Of a stretch of 64,000 nucleotides of DNA, positions 40,658 to 49,207 are shown one piece after another. A program made the position numbers and the translations under genes. The notes below the pieces were generated by a model. It ran no database searches. It worked only from the letters and a program-made list of their open reading frames with translations, and was not told the origin of the DNA. Within the stretch, counting starts at the first letter, position 1; each line of letters begins with the position of its first letter. Origin of the DNA: an uncultured Eubacteriales bacterium (lineage in GTDB: Bacteria > Acidobacteriota > Aminicenantia > Aminicenantales > Aminicenantaceae); the NCBI GenBank assembly GCA_964406575.1, contig CAYOSH010000022.1, positions 2,740 through 66,739 on the forward strand, written 5' to 3'.

Positions 40658-41464
40658 GTGATAGACAATGATTCCTCTCTTCTCTCTGCGCAGGATGATT
40701 TCCCGCTGTGGTCAGCTCCGTTTGGATTTGTGCTTCTGGATCACGTCCGGCTCAGGCCGAAGATCAAAGTCCTTGATGTCGGTTTCGGTTCAGGCTTCCC
40801 ATTGTTGGAACTGGCACAAAGGCTGGGAGATTCTTCGACCGTCTTTGGAATCGACCCTCTTAAAGCCGCTCATGAGAGAACTCAATACAAGATGGATGTG
40901 TTAAAGATCAAGAATATACAGCTCATCGAGGGGGATGCGTCTTCCATGTTTTTCCCGGAAAACACCTTTGATCTCATCGTGTCCAACTTGGGAATTAATA
41001 ATTTTGATGACCCGCAAAAAGTCTTTATAGAGTGTTTTAAAGTGGCCAAAGGCGGAGCTCAGATCGTCCTGACAACAAATCCCAAAGGACATATGAACAC
41101 ATTTTATCTCGCCCTCGCGAAGACATTGAAAGAGCTTCACAGGGAAGATCGAATGGATGATCTCAGGGCGCACATCGAACACAGGTTGACGCTGGAAACG
41201 ATCGGCGAGTATCTGACACATGCAGGTTTTCGAATCACAGGGACATATCAAGACTCTTTCCAGCTTTCTTTCTTGGATGGGACGACTTTTTTTAGTCATG
41301 CTCTGATCAGATACGGCTTCTTGGACGACTGGAAACGGCTTTTTCCCGTTCCAGAGCAAAAAGAAATCTTCGCAACGCTGGAAAAGAATCTGAACCAAGT
41401 CTCAAAACGAACAGGAAATCTTGAATTTACTATCCCCATCGCTTGCATTGAAGGAGAAAAATGA
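40658..41464 (+). CDS. Class I SAM-dependent methyltransferase
   Basis: VLDVGFGSG, GID and FDLIVSNLG. Confidence 0.88.
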   Translation: MIDNDSSLLSAQDDFPLWSAPFGFVLLDHVRLRPKIKVLDVGFGSGFPLLELAQRLGDSSTVFGIDPLKAAHERTQYKMDVLKIKNIQLIEGDASSMFFPENTFDLIVSNLGINNFDDPQKVFIECFKVAKGGAQIVLTTNPKGHMNTFYLALAKTLKELHREDRMDDLRAHIEHRLTLETIGEYLTHAGFRITGTYQDSFQLSFLDGTTFFSHALIRYGFLDDWKRLFPVPEQKEIFATLEKNLNQVSKRTGNLEFTIPIACIEGEK

Positions 41465-41522
41465 TTTTGCAAAACCGAAGAGGAATCGTGGTTGAGACTT
41501 CTTAATTTTTCCGGAATTCATC

Positions 41523-41552
41523 TTGACCTCCTGCTGATGGGAGGAATAGAAT
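41523..41552 (+). promoter_or_regulatory. Candidate sigma70 promoter at the start of the corrinoid-mttB-pyl block
   Basis: TTGACC-N18-TAGAAT upstream of the RBS GAGGAG and ATG 41584. Confidence 0.4.
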
Positions 41553-41583
41553 CAAGGATTACTATGACAAGAGAGGAGAGACA

Positions 41584-42234
41584 ATGAGTAATGAAAAGTT
41601 TCTTGAAATGGTCAAAAAGGCGATCGTCGAAGGGAATAAAGACGAAGCGGAACAACTGGCACAACAGGCGATCGCAGAAAAAATGGATCTCAACGAGGTC
41701 ATCGAACAGGGATACATACTGGGGATCCAAGAAGTGGGACGTCTGTGGGAAGAGGGGGAATATTTTTTGCCCGAGTTGATCACCAGCGCGGAATGCATGA
41801 AGGCCGCTATGGAGATCATGAAGCCCGAGCTGGAAAAAGCTCATATCACCACACGATCCGAGGGAAAAGTCGTCATCGGAACTGTCGAGGGCGATATCCA
41901 CGATATCGGTAAAAACCTCGTAGCTTCGATCCTCTCAGCAAACGGATTCGATGTCATCGATCTCGGAGCGGATGTGAAGCTGGACCAGTTTATTGAAAAA
42001 GCGGACGAAGTGAACGCTGACCTGATCTGTTTATCTGCGCTCCTGACTACGACCATGACCGGACAAAAAAAGCTGATCGAGCGCCTCAAAGAAAAAGGCC
42101 TTTATGGACGATTCAAAGTCATGGTGGGCGGAGCTCCTGTCAACCAAAAATGGGCTGACGATATCGGTGCTGACGGCTATTCGGAGAATGCTCTCACAGC
42201 GGTGGGCGCAGCGAAAATGTTGGCAAAAAAATAG
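41584..42234 (+). CDS. Methyltransferase cognate corrinoid protein (MttC-like)
   Basis: YFLPEL, GDIHDIGKN, SALLTTTM and GGAP. Adjacent to an MttB homologue. Confidence 0.93.
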   Translation: MSNEKFLEMVKKAIVEGNKDEAEQLAQQAIAEKMDLNEVIEQGYILGIQEVGRLWEEGEYFLPELITSAECMKAAMEIMKPELEKAHITTRSEGKVVIGTVEGDIHDIGKNLVASILSANGFDVIDLGADVKLDQFIEKADEVNADLICLSALLTTTMTGQKKLIERLKEKGLYGRFKVMVGGAPVNQKWADDIGADGYSENALTAVGAAKMLAKK

Positions 42235-42314
42235 AACAGGCGTCAAAGAAGCCAAAACACATCCAAATAATGTTACAGATTGAGTTTTTAATGAAAATCA
42301 TTTAGAGGAAAAAA

Positions 42315-43787
42315 ATGATTGAACCGCGAAGACCAAAATTAGAACTTTTGAGCAATGAACTGATCCAAAAAATCATAGATGAGGCATACGATATCCTCGA
42401 AAATCAGGGTGTTTTTATCGAGAACGAAGAGGCGCTGGAGCTTCTTCGAGATGCGGGGATGAAAGTCGATACGTCCTCCCAGAGAGTAAGAATCACCCCG
42501 CAGCTCGTTGAAGATTCTCTTGCATCGACGCCAGCCTCTCTTAAGATGTATGACAGGGACGGAGAGACAGAGTATCTCATTGGGGAGGATGAAGTCCATT
42601 TTAACCCGGGCTCTGTGGCTGTCACCATACTGGACTTCGAGACACAGCAGGAGAGGAAGGCTGTCACTGACGACCTGATCCGGTTTACCCATCTGACTGA
42701 CTGCCTCGAGCATCTCCACTTCCAGAGTACCGGAATTCTGAGCAGTGATGTCTCGGAGATCATTTCGGACAGCTACCGGTTGTACATCGGCCTCTTATTT
42801 TCCAAAAAACCCATTGTCACCGGAACCTTTCGAGTGGAAGGATTTGAGCCCATGCACAGAATGCTCGTGGCCGTACGGGGAAGTGAAAAGAATCTTTCGG
42901 ATAAACCGCTGGCAATCTTCGATGCCTGCCCCTCCCCTCCTCTCAAATGGAGCAATTTGACCGCCCAAAGTTTGATCGACAGCGCCAGGGCTGGTATTCC
43001 CTCCGAATTGATTTCCATGGGGATGACAGGAGCCACTTCTCCCGTCACGATCACAGGCACGCTGGTCCAACATGTGGCTGAAAACCTGTCCGGTTTGTTG
43101 ATATGTCAGCTCGCCAAAAAGGGCGCACCAGTGATCTTCGGCGGATGTCCTTTGAGTTTCGATATGAGGAAAGGGACAACTCCTATCGGCGCAATAGAAA
43201 CTTTGATGATCGACTCCGCTTACGTTCAGATTGGAAAACATCTCGGTCTTCCGACTCACTCTTACATGGGAATGAGCGATGCTAAGATCAATGATGCACA
43301 GGGAGGATTTGAAACTGGAATAGGTATAATTCTGGCCGCACTTTCAGGAGTGAATGTGATCTCCGGCGCAGGAATACTGGATTTCATCAGGTGCCAGAGT
43401 CTGGAAAAACTGGTCATTGACAATGAGATCTGCGGGATGGCATACCGTTTGATAGAAGGGATAGCGCAACGCGATGATCCGATCGCTCTGGATCTTTTCA
43501 AAGATTTCGCAGCCGACACACAGTTCCTCTCTATGCCCCACACCAGAAAGTGGTACAGAGAGGAACACACATTTCCCAAGCTGATCGATCGGGATCCCTA
43601 TGACATCTGGGTATCCAAGGGGAAAAAATCAATTTCTTCGCGGGCCAAAGAAGAGGTGGAGAGCCTGCTGCAAAAGAATCTAGCGCCGCTTCCTGATAAA
43701 GAAATACAAAAGGCGCTCAAGGAAATCATGTTGTCCGATGCGCAAAGAAACGGCATGCCCTCGCTGCCCGAGATAGACTTTCCTTAG
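42315..43787 (+). CDS. MttB-superfamily corrinoid methyltransferase, non-pyrrolysine type
   Basis: SPVTITGTLVQ, FDMRKGT and SLEKLVIDNEI. The Pyl-equivalent position is Met (LPTHSYMG-M-SDAK). No internal TAG. Confidence 0.92.
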   Translation: MIEPRRPKLELLSNELIQKIIDEAYDILENQGVFIENEEALELLRDAGMKVDTSSQRVRITPQLVEDSLASTPASLKMYDRDGETEYLIGEDEVHFNPGSVAVTILDFETQQERKAVTDDLIRFTHLTDCLEHLHFQSTGILSSDVSEIISDSYRLYIGLLFSKKPIVTGTFRVEGFEPMHRMLVAVRGSEKNLSDKPLAIFDACPSPPLKWSNLTAQSLIDSARAGIPSELISMGMTGATSPVTITGTLVQHVAENLSGLLICQLAKKGAPVIFGGCPLSFDMRKGTTPIGAIETLMIDSAYVQIGKHLGLPTHSYMGMSDAKINDAQGGFETGIGIILAALSGVNVISGAGILDFIRCQSLEKLVIDNEICGMAYRLIEGIAQRDDPIALDLFKDFAADTQFLSMPHTRKWYREEHTFPKLIDRDPYDIWVSKGKKSISSRAKEEVESLLQKNLAPLPDKEIQKALKEIMLSDAQRNGMPSLPEIDFP

Positions 43788-43822
43788 AAAAAATTGACTA
43801 GTTTATACAAAAAAAAAGAGCT

Positions 43823-44698
43823 ATGATGGGGACATCCCCAGTCATTAGACAAACAATGCCTTCAAAAAAATATGGCTGGACGACCAGCCAGATGCAACGA
43901 TTGAGAGAACTCAATGCGACCGAGGTCTTGCTCAGCAAACAATTTCCTGACCTTAAGACACGAAATAGAAACTTCTTCAAGATCGAACAAAATTTGGCTC
44001 GTCAGAGTCAAGAAAATCTCCAAGTCTTGCGCACAAAGCGCCGGCGTCCTCGGTTGTGCGAACTGGAAGATTTCCTTGTACAGACGCTGGTGAAACAGGG
44101 CTTCGTTCAGGTTGTCACACCGATTCTCATTGCCAAAGATTCCCTCGCAAAGATGTCGATTGAGCCAGGTCACGAGCTGTTCAAACAGGTTTTTTGGGTC
44201 GAAGAAAAAAAATGCCTGAGACCTATGCTGGCTCCCAATCTCTATTTTCTGCTGAGAGAGCTCGTGAACATATGGGAAAAACCGGTGAGGATCTTTGAAG
44301 TGGGCCCATGTTTCCGAAAGGATACAAAAGGCCGACACCATATCAATGAATTCACCATGCTCAATCTTGTGGAACTGGGCTTACCGATAGCTAAAAGAAA
44401 AGAGAGACTGGAGGAACTCGCATCGATCATTTTGCAATCAAGCGATATCGCAAAATTCAGTTTTGTCTCTCATCGGAGCGAAGTCTACGGCGAAACGATA
44501 GATGTTCTTTCCGGTTTCGAAGTCGCCTCAGGAGCGATGGGCCCTCATCCACTGGATTCGAATTGGGGAATCACGGATCCCTGGATCGGCATTGGATTCG
44601 GATTGGAAAGACTGCTTATGGTCAGGGAAAATTTCCAAAATATCCAGCGTGTTGGCCGAGCCCTGATCTACCTGGATGGAGAACGACTGAACATTTGA
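43823..44698 (+). CDS. pylSc: Pyrrolysyl-tRNA synthetase C-terminal catalytic subunit
   Basis: WTTSQMQRLRELNA, GFVQVVTP, CLRPMLAPNLY, FEVGPCFRK, EFTMLN, PWIGIGFGLERL and YLDGERLNI. The start could be the later Met (MPSKK). Confidence 0.97.
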   Translation: MMGTSPVIRQTMPSKKYGWTTSQMQRLRELNATEVLLSKQFPDLKTRNRNFFKIEQNLARQSQENLQVLRTKRRRPRLCELEDFLVQTLVKQGFVQVVTPILIAKDSLAKMSIEPGHELFKQVFWVEEKKCLRPMLAPNLYFLLRELVNIWEKPVRIFEVGPCFRKDTKGRHHINEFTMLNLVELGLPIAKRKERLEELASIILQSSDIAKFSFVSHRSEVYGETIDVLSGFEVASGAMGPHPLDSNWGITDPWIGIGFGLERLLMVRENFQNIQRVGRALIYLDGERLNI

Positions 44699-44769
44699 GA
44701 ACATTTTGCTCTCTTAATTTGAGTGATCAAGAGATGAGTTAGGATTCTATTCACACAACAGGAGATGGA

Positions 44770-45420
44770 ATGATGAGTAAAGAAGAGTTTTTTAAAGAAG
44801 CCGAGCAATCGATTTTAAACCATGACAAGGCTAAAGCCGAGGAGGTTGCACGAAAGGGCCTCGCTGAAGGTCTAGATCCGGTTGAATTCATCACAAAGGG
44901 CTTCCGTGAAGGGATCACTCAGATCGGAGATCTTTTCAGTAGAGGGGAGATTTTCCTGCCGCAACTCATCGAAGCAGCCGAGGCTATGAAGACAGCAAAT
45001 AAAATCCTTACAGAATCGATGCCAGAGTCTGCTCAAGAGAAAAGAGGTAGGTTCGTCATAGGAACAGTGCAGGGAGACATCCACGATATCGGAAAATTCT
45101 TAGTGATCTCTCTCCTTCGCGTCAACGGTTTTGAGGTTTACGACTTGGGTCATGATGTCGAAATACAAAAATTTATCGATAAGGCCCTGGAAGTCGAGGC
45201 GCATATTATCGGAACGAGCGCCCTCCTGACCACAACCATGATCGGGCAAAAAACCCTGGAAGAAAAGCTGAAAGAATCCGGACTTAAAAGCAGGTTCAAA
45301 ACGATGGTCGGCGGAGCCCCGGTCACCCAACGCTGGGCCGAAAGGATCGGAGCCGATGCTTTCGGTGAGGACGCCAACGATGCCGTAGAGAAAGCCCTCC
45401 GTCTGGTCGGTTCAAAATAG
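44770..45420 (+). CDS. Methylamine methyltransferase corrinoid protein (probably the MtbB partner, MtbC-like)
   Basis: IFLPQL, GDIHDIGK, SALLTTTM and GGAP. Located inside the pyl cluster; the partner assignment is inference. Confidence 0.9.
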   Translation: MMSKEEFFKEAEQSILNHDKAKAEEVARKGLAEGLDPVEFITKGFREGITQIGDLFSRGEIFLPQLIEAAEAMKTANKILTESMPESAQEKRGRFVIGTVQGDIHDIGKFLVISLLRVNGFEVYDLGHDVEIQKFIDKALEVEAHIIGTSALLTTTMIGQKTLEEKLKESGLKSRFKTMVGGAPVTQRWAERIGADAFGEDANDAVEKALRLVGSK

Positions 45421-45465
45421 ATCGCACTTTCTTTTTTTTTGAGTGAGATTCGCAGACATAACATT

Positions 45466-46578
45466 ATGGCAGAGAGAGATCGATACCCAAAACTCGAAGA
45501 GATCCTGGAAAAATCTCTGCAAAGAAAACCACTATCCGCATCAGAAATCACATATCTTCTTGGATTAACGGAAGGGAACAAGATATCCCGAGTTTTTCAA
45601 ACAGCCCAGTATCTAAGAGCCAAGCATTTTGGGAACAAAGTCTTTCTTTACGGATTTGTCTATTTTTCCACATACTGCCGGAATAATTGCACATTCTGTG
45701 CATCCCGGGCGTCCAATAAGCTCGCGCTACGGTATAGAAAAAGCCAATCGGAGGTCTTAGAAGCAGCTAGCCTGCTGGCGGAATCCGGTGTTCATTTGAT
45801 CGATTTGACCATGGGAGAAGACCCCTTCTACTGCAGGAGTGAAGGCGAACACGACTCTCTCCTGACACTGATTTATAAGGTGAAGACAGAAACAGGTCTA
45901 CCGCTCATGGTCTCACCAGGAGTGGTTACAAAAGATGTGCTAGCGGAGTTTGTTAGGGCAGGGGTCGATTGGTATGCCTGTTATCAGGAAACGCACAACC
46001 GACAGCTATTCGCCTATCTCCGCCCGGAACAAAATTTTGACACACGTCTCTCGGGTAAAATTTTAGCGAAACAGCTGGGAATCCTGATCGAAGAAGGAAT
46101 TTTGACAGGAGTCGGAGAATCTCTCTCTGATATCGCATTATCCATGGAGGTAATTCGGGCGTTAGGCGTTCAACAGGCCAGAGTGATGAGTTTTGTTCCC
46201 CAGATCGGGACGCCAATGTGTGATAGAAAATCGCCTTCTCGGCTAAGAGAGTTGATGACTATCGCCGTGTTACGCCTCTTGTTCCCGGACCGGTTGATCC
46301 CTGCTTCTTTAGATGTAGACGGCCTTGATCTCCTCCAAGAGCGGTTAGAAGCGGGTGCGAATGTGATCACATCCCTGATCCCTCCAAGACTTGGATTATC
46401 AGGCGTTTCTCAGCCCTCTCTCGGCATAGACGAGGGATCCCGCACGGTTCCAGGTGTGGCTCCCCTGCTCAATGAGATGGGGATGGAGGCGGCTGCGCCT
46501 CAAGATTATTCTCTATGGATTTATGCCGAAAAATCAGCCTTAGCTCGCCGTTCGGCAAATTATGAGGTGGCCGCTTGA
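45466..46578 (+). CDS. pylB: 3-methylornithine synthase (radical SAM)
   Basis: FLYGFVYFSTYCRNNCTFC, HLIDLTMGEDP, ACYQETH, RVMSFVPQ.GTP and LIPASLDVDG. First ATG at 45466; an in-frame TTG lies at 45439. Confidence 0.96.
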   Translation: MAERDRYPKLEEILEKSLQRKPLSASEITYLLGLTEGNKISRVFQTAQYLRAKHFGNKVFLYGFVYFSTYCRNNCTFCASRASNKLALRYRKSQSEVLEAASLLAESGVHLIDLTMGEDPFYCRSEGEHDSLLTLIYKVKTETGLPLMVSPGVVTKDVLAEFVRAGVDWYACYQETHNRQLFAYLRPEQNFDTRLSGKILAKQLGILIEEGILTGVGESLSDIALSMEVIRALGVQQARVMSFVPQIGTPMCDRKSPSRLRELMTIAVLRLLFPDRLIPASLDVDGLDLLQERLEAGANVITSLIPPRLGLSGVSQPSLGIDEGSRTVPGVAPLLNEMGMEAAAPQDYSLWIYAEKSALARRSANYEVAA

Positions 46579-47735
46579 GAGTGGCTGTCGTCGGTGGAAA
46601 GCTGCAGGGAGTCGAGGCAGCTTATCTTGCGCATCAGGCGGGATGGCAGGTTTTGCTCATTGACCGGGATCCGGACGTTCCCGCGAGAGGCCTTGCCCAT
46701 TCCTTCATCCAGTCGGATGTCACGCAAGACACACCGGATATCTCGGATATATTCAAGGACATGGACCTCATTATCCCGGCATTGGAAAATCAAAAGGCGC
46801 TCGAATCTTTGAAGGACCTGTCGAAAAGAAAAAGATTTCCGCTTGCTTTCGATGATGCGGCATATGCAGTTACTTCGTCCAAACAAAAATCGGACTCGCT
46901 TTTTAGAGAGTTAGGCCTTCCCGCACCTCGACCATGGCCTGACTGCGGATTTCCAGTGATTTTGAAGCCCTCAGAGTCGAGCGGAAGCCAGGGAGTTATT
47001 AAAATTTACGACAGAGAGGACCTGATTTCCTTCCGTCGGGGAAATACATTTTCTAACGATTGGATCACCCAAGAGTTTCTCGAGGGTCCCTCATACTCTC
47101 TGGAGATTGTAGGCATCGATGGAAATTATCGCTCCCTGCAATCCACGATCATCGAAGTCGACAGGAGTTTCGACTGCAAGAGAGTTATCGCCCCAGCCGA
47201 TTTGCCGGAAACTTTCGTTAACAGATTCGACGAAATCACTGTCGCCGTTGCCGAGGCCATCCACCTTACAGGAATAATGGATATAGAAGTCATTTGCCAC
47301 AATAACGAGCTAAAGATCCTGGAAATCGATGCCCGCCTGCCCAGCCAGACCCCGACAGCTGTGCTCAAATCAACCGGCATCAACATGCTGGAACTCCTGT
47401 ACGACATATTCAACAGAGGTATAATGCCCGATATCTCACTGATTATGGAGGAAAAGCCTGTCATCTATGAGCACATAAAAGTGAATCCCGATACATTAGA
47501 ATTGTCTGGTGAACATATCATGGCAGAGGCGCGACCTCTTCGCTATCAAAAGAATTTTTTTGGAGCTGACGAAGCTCTCACGGATTTTGACTCAGATCAT
47601 CCGAGTTGGGTGGCGACTTTGATTTTAACCGGGAAAACCAAAACAGAGGTCGTCCAAAAACATCACCGCGTTATGGAAACAATTCGGCAAATTTTCGGAC
47701 TGCGAGAGTGTTCGGACCCGCATCCGGGATTGTAA
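46575..47735 (+). CDS. pylC: 3-methylornithine--L-lysine ligase (ATP-grasp)
   Basis: VVGGKLQGVEAAYLA, SGSQGV, DCKRV, EIDARLPSQTP and GEHIM. TTG start overlaps the pylB TGA. Confidence 0.96.
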   Translation: MRVAVVGGKLQGVEAAYLAHQAGWQVLLIDRDPDVPARGLAHSFIQSDVTQDTPDISDIFKDMDLIIPALENQKALESLKDLSKRKRFPLAFDDAAYAVTSSKQKSDSLFRELGLPAPRPWPDCGFPVILKPSESSGSQGVIKIYDREDLISFRRGNTFSNDWITQEFLEGPSYSLEIVGIDGNYRSLQSTIIEVDRSFDCKRVIAPADLPETFVNRFDEITVAVAEAIHLTGIMDIEVICHNNELKILEIDARLPSQTPTAVLKSTGINMLELLYDIFNRGIMPDISLIMEEKPVIYEHIKVNPDTLELSGEHIMAEARPLRYQKNFFGADEALTDFDSDHPSWVATLILTGKTKTEVVQKHHRVMETIRQIFGLRECSDPHPGL

Positions 47736-47778
47736 TAAGATCTTTTGTTCTGGTAAGGACTGAAAGAACTGGTGTGAT

Positions 47779-48636
47779 ATGACGCGTTTAAGCAGTGAGT
47801 TGATCTCAGGAATGAGTGAGACTCTCGCTGCCTACGACATCGAACTCGCACAGAAGACCGGGCTTACTCTGAGACAGATCGTGGCTCGAACAGCCGGTTT
47901 ATCTGAAGAAACCCTGTGTAGTGCTTTCGGCTCTGAGAGTGCTGCCGTAATTCCGGTCACAGCAGGTCAGGGAGTTATCCAGGGATTCACTCAGGCTGTT
48001 GAAGGGATTATCGAATACTTGGGCTGCCCTTGTTTCATAACGGCAAACAGTGATGCCGCAGGACTGGCCGAAGGCATCGAAAAAGGCGCAACGATCGTCT
48101 TTTTAGCAGATGATAACCGCTTTATTGCCATTAACCTTATGCAGAAGCGCGTCGTCGACAATGCCGCGGCGACCGGATGGAGCTATGCCTATGCTTTAGA
48201 TGCCTGTGCCGGCGGTCTTAAGGATCGAGAAGTGCTTCTCATCGGCGCAGGAAGAGTAGGAGAACATGCCTTAGCGGCTCTCGAGAAACTGGAGGCAAAA
48301 GTAGGTGTTTTCGATATTAACGGTCAGAGAGTGCACGACCTTTCGTCCAAGTTCAGCATAAGCGAGGAAGAAGATCTTACAGCTTCCTTAGGAGGATACA
48401 CCCTGTTATATGATGCATCTCCAGCTTCGAATATTATCCATACAGAACACATCAAACCGGAGACGATCATCGCAGCCTGCGGCATACCGCTCGGCGTGAG
48501 TGATGAGGCTCGTTGTCTCGTCGAAGAGCGCCTCATCCATGATCCTCTCCAATTGGGAGCTGCAGCAATGCTTGCCATGGCCGTTCGCCATGGTCTGAGT
48601 GATAAAAACGGGGGGCGGATCGGACGGATCGCATAG
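47779..48636 (+). CDS. pylD: 3-methylornithyl-N6-lysine dehydrogenase (pyrrolysine synthase)
   Basis: MTRL, IPVTAGQGVIQGF, ADDNRF, GAGRVG and IHDPLQLG. The last 9 codons lie within pylT. Confidence 0.95.
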   Translation: MTRLSSELISGMSETLAAYDIELAQKTGLTLRQIVARTAGLSEETLCSAFGSESAAVIPVTAGQGVIQGFTQAVEGIIEYLGCPCFITANSDAAGLAEGIEKGATIVFLADDNRFIAINLMQKRVVDNAAATGWSYAYALDACAGGLKDREVLLIGAGRVGEHALAALEKLEAKVGVFDINGQRVHDLSSKFSISEEEDLTASLGGYTLLYDASPASNIIHTEHIKPETIIAACGIPLGVSDEARCLVEERLIHDPLQLGAAAMLAMAVRHGLSDKNGGRIGRIA

Positions 48637-48681
48637 ACCCTAAATCTATGAAGCCGGGTGCGACTCCCGGGCTCCCCGCCA
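48610..48681 (+). tRNA. pylT: tRNA-Pyl (anticodon CUA)
   Basis: 72-nt cloverleaf: acceptor GGGGGGC/GCTCCCC, single linker base, D-stem GATC/GATC with a 5-nt loop, 6-bp anticodon stem CATAGA/TCTATG, loop CCCTAAA (CTA at 48640-48642), 3-nt variable loop, T-stem CCGGG/CCCGG, discriminator G and encoded CCA. Confidence 0.97.
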
Positions 48682-48732
48682 AGAGGATATCTTTGTTTGT
48701 AAGAGTTGAAAAATTGAAGATACGAATGTAAA

Positions 48733-49071
48733 ATGGCTGAGAAAAAAATCAAAGACAAGTACATCCGCAAGCAGGTCGATTTCTTCATCCTGCTCGAAAA
48801 GATCAGACTGTGGCCCTCCCGTGGCGGTCTGCTGCACGGGATCAAGGCCTTTACGATAAAGGGAACTCTTGCTGAGATCACCACTCACTGTAATGAGACT
48901 TTTTTGATTCGGCATTCCAAAAAAAGCCGGGCCGCCCGATGGCTGCGGAATAAATGGTATTTCCAGAGCTGCAAAAAATGCAATATTCCCGAGTGGAAGA
49001 TCACGAAGTACCAGAAAACACACTTCGACCAGCATCGCGGCTCTCTATTAAGAAAAAAGACCGAACAATGA
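48733..49071 (+). CDS. pylSn: Pyrrolysyl-tRNA synthetase N-terminal subunit
   Basis: KIRLWPSRGGLLHGIK, THC, SKKSRAARWLRNKW and CKKCNIPEWK. Confidence 0.96.
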   Translation: MAEKKIKDKYIRKQVDFFILLEKIRLWPSRGGLLHGIKAFTIKGTLAEITTHCNETFLIRHSKKSRAARWLRNKWYFQSCKKCNIPEWKITKYQKTHFDQHRGSLLRKKTEQ

Positions 49072-49207
49072 CAGATTCTTGTGATAGGAGTTCGATGGGA
49101 TAAGAGAAAAGATACTTTTACAGAGAGATTCGATTTTTTTTATGAGTGTGTGCTAAAAGACACACAAAAAAATAAAAAAATCCACAAAGAAAGGAGGTGA
49201 AAAAGGA

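Noticed and set aside
42315-43787. Pyl-containing trimethylamine methyltransferase
   Set aside because: No internal amber codon; Met occupies the Pyl position. The same applies to the other two MttB homologues.
49146-49165. GTGTGT-N8-ACACAC palindrome upstream of mtbB as an operator
   Set aside because: Short, single copy, and in low-complexity A/T-run context; not enough support.
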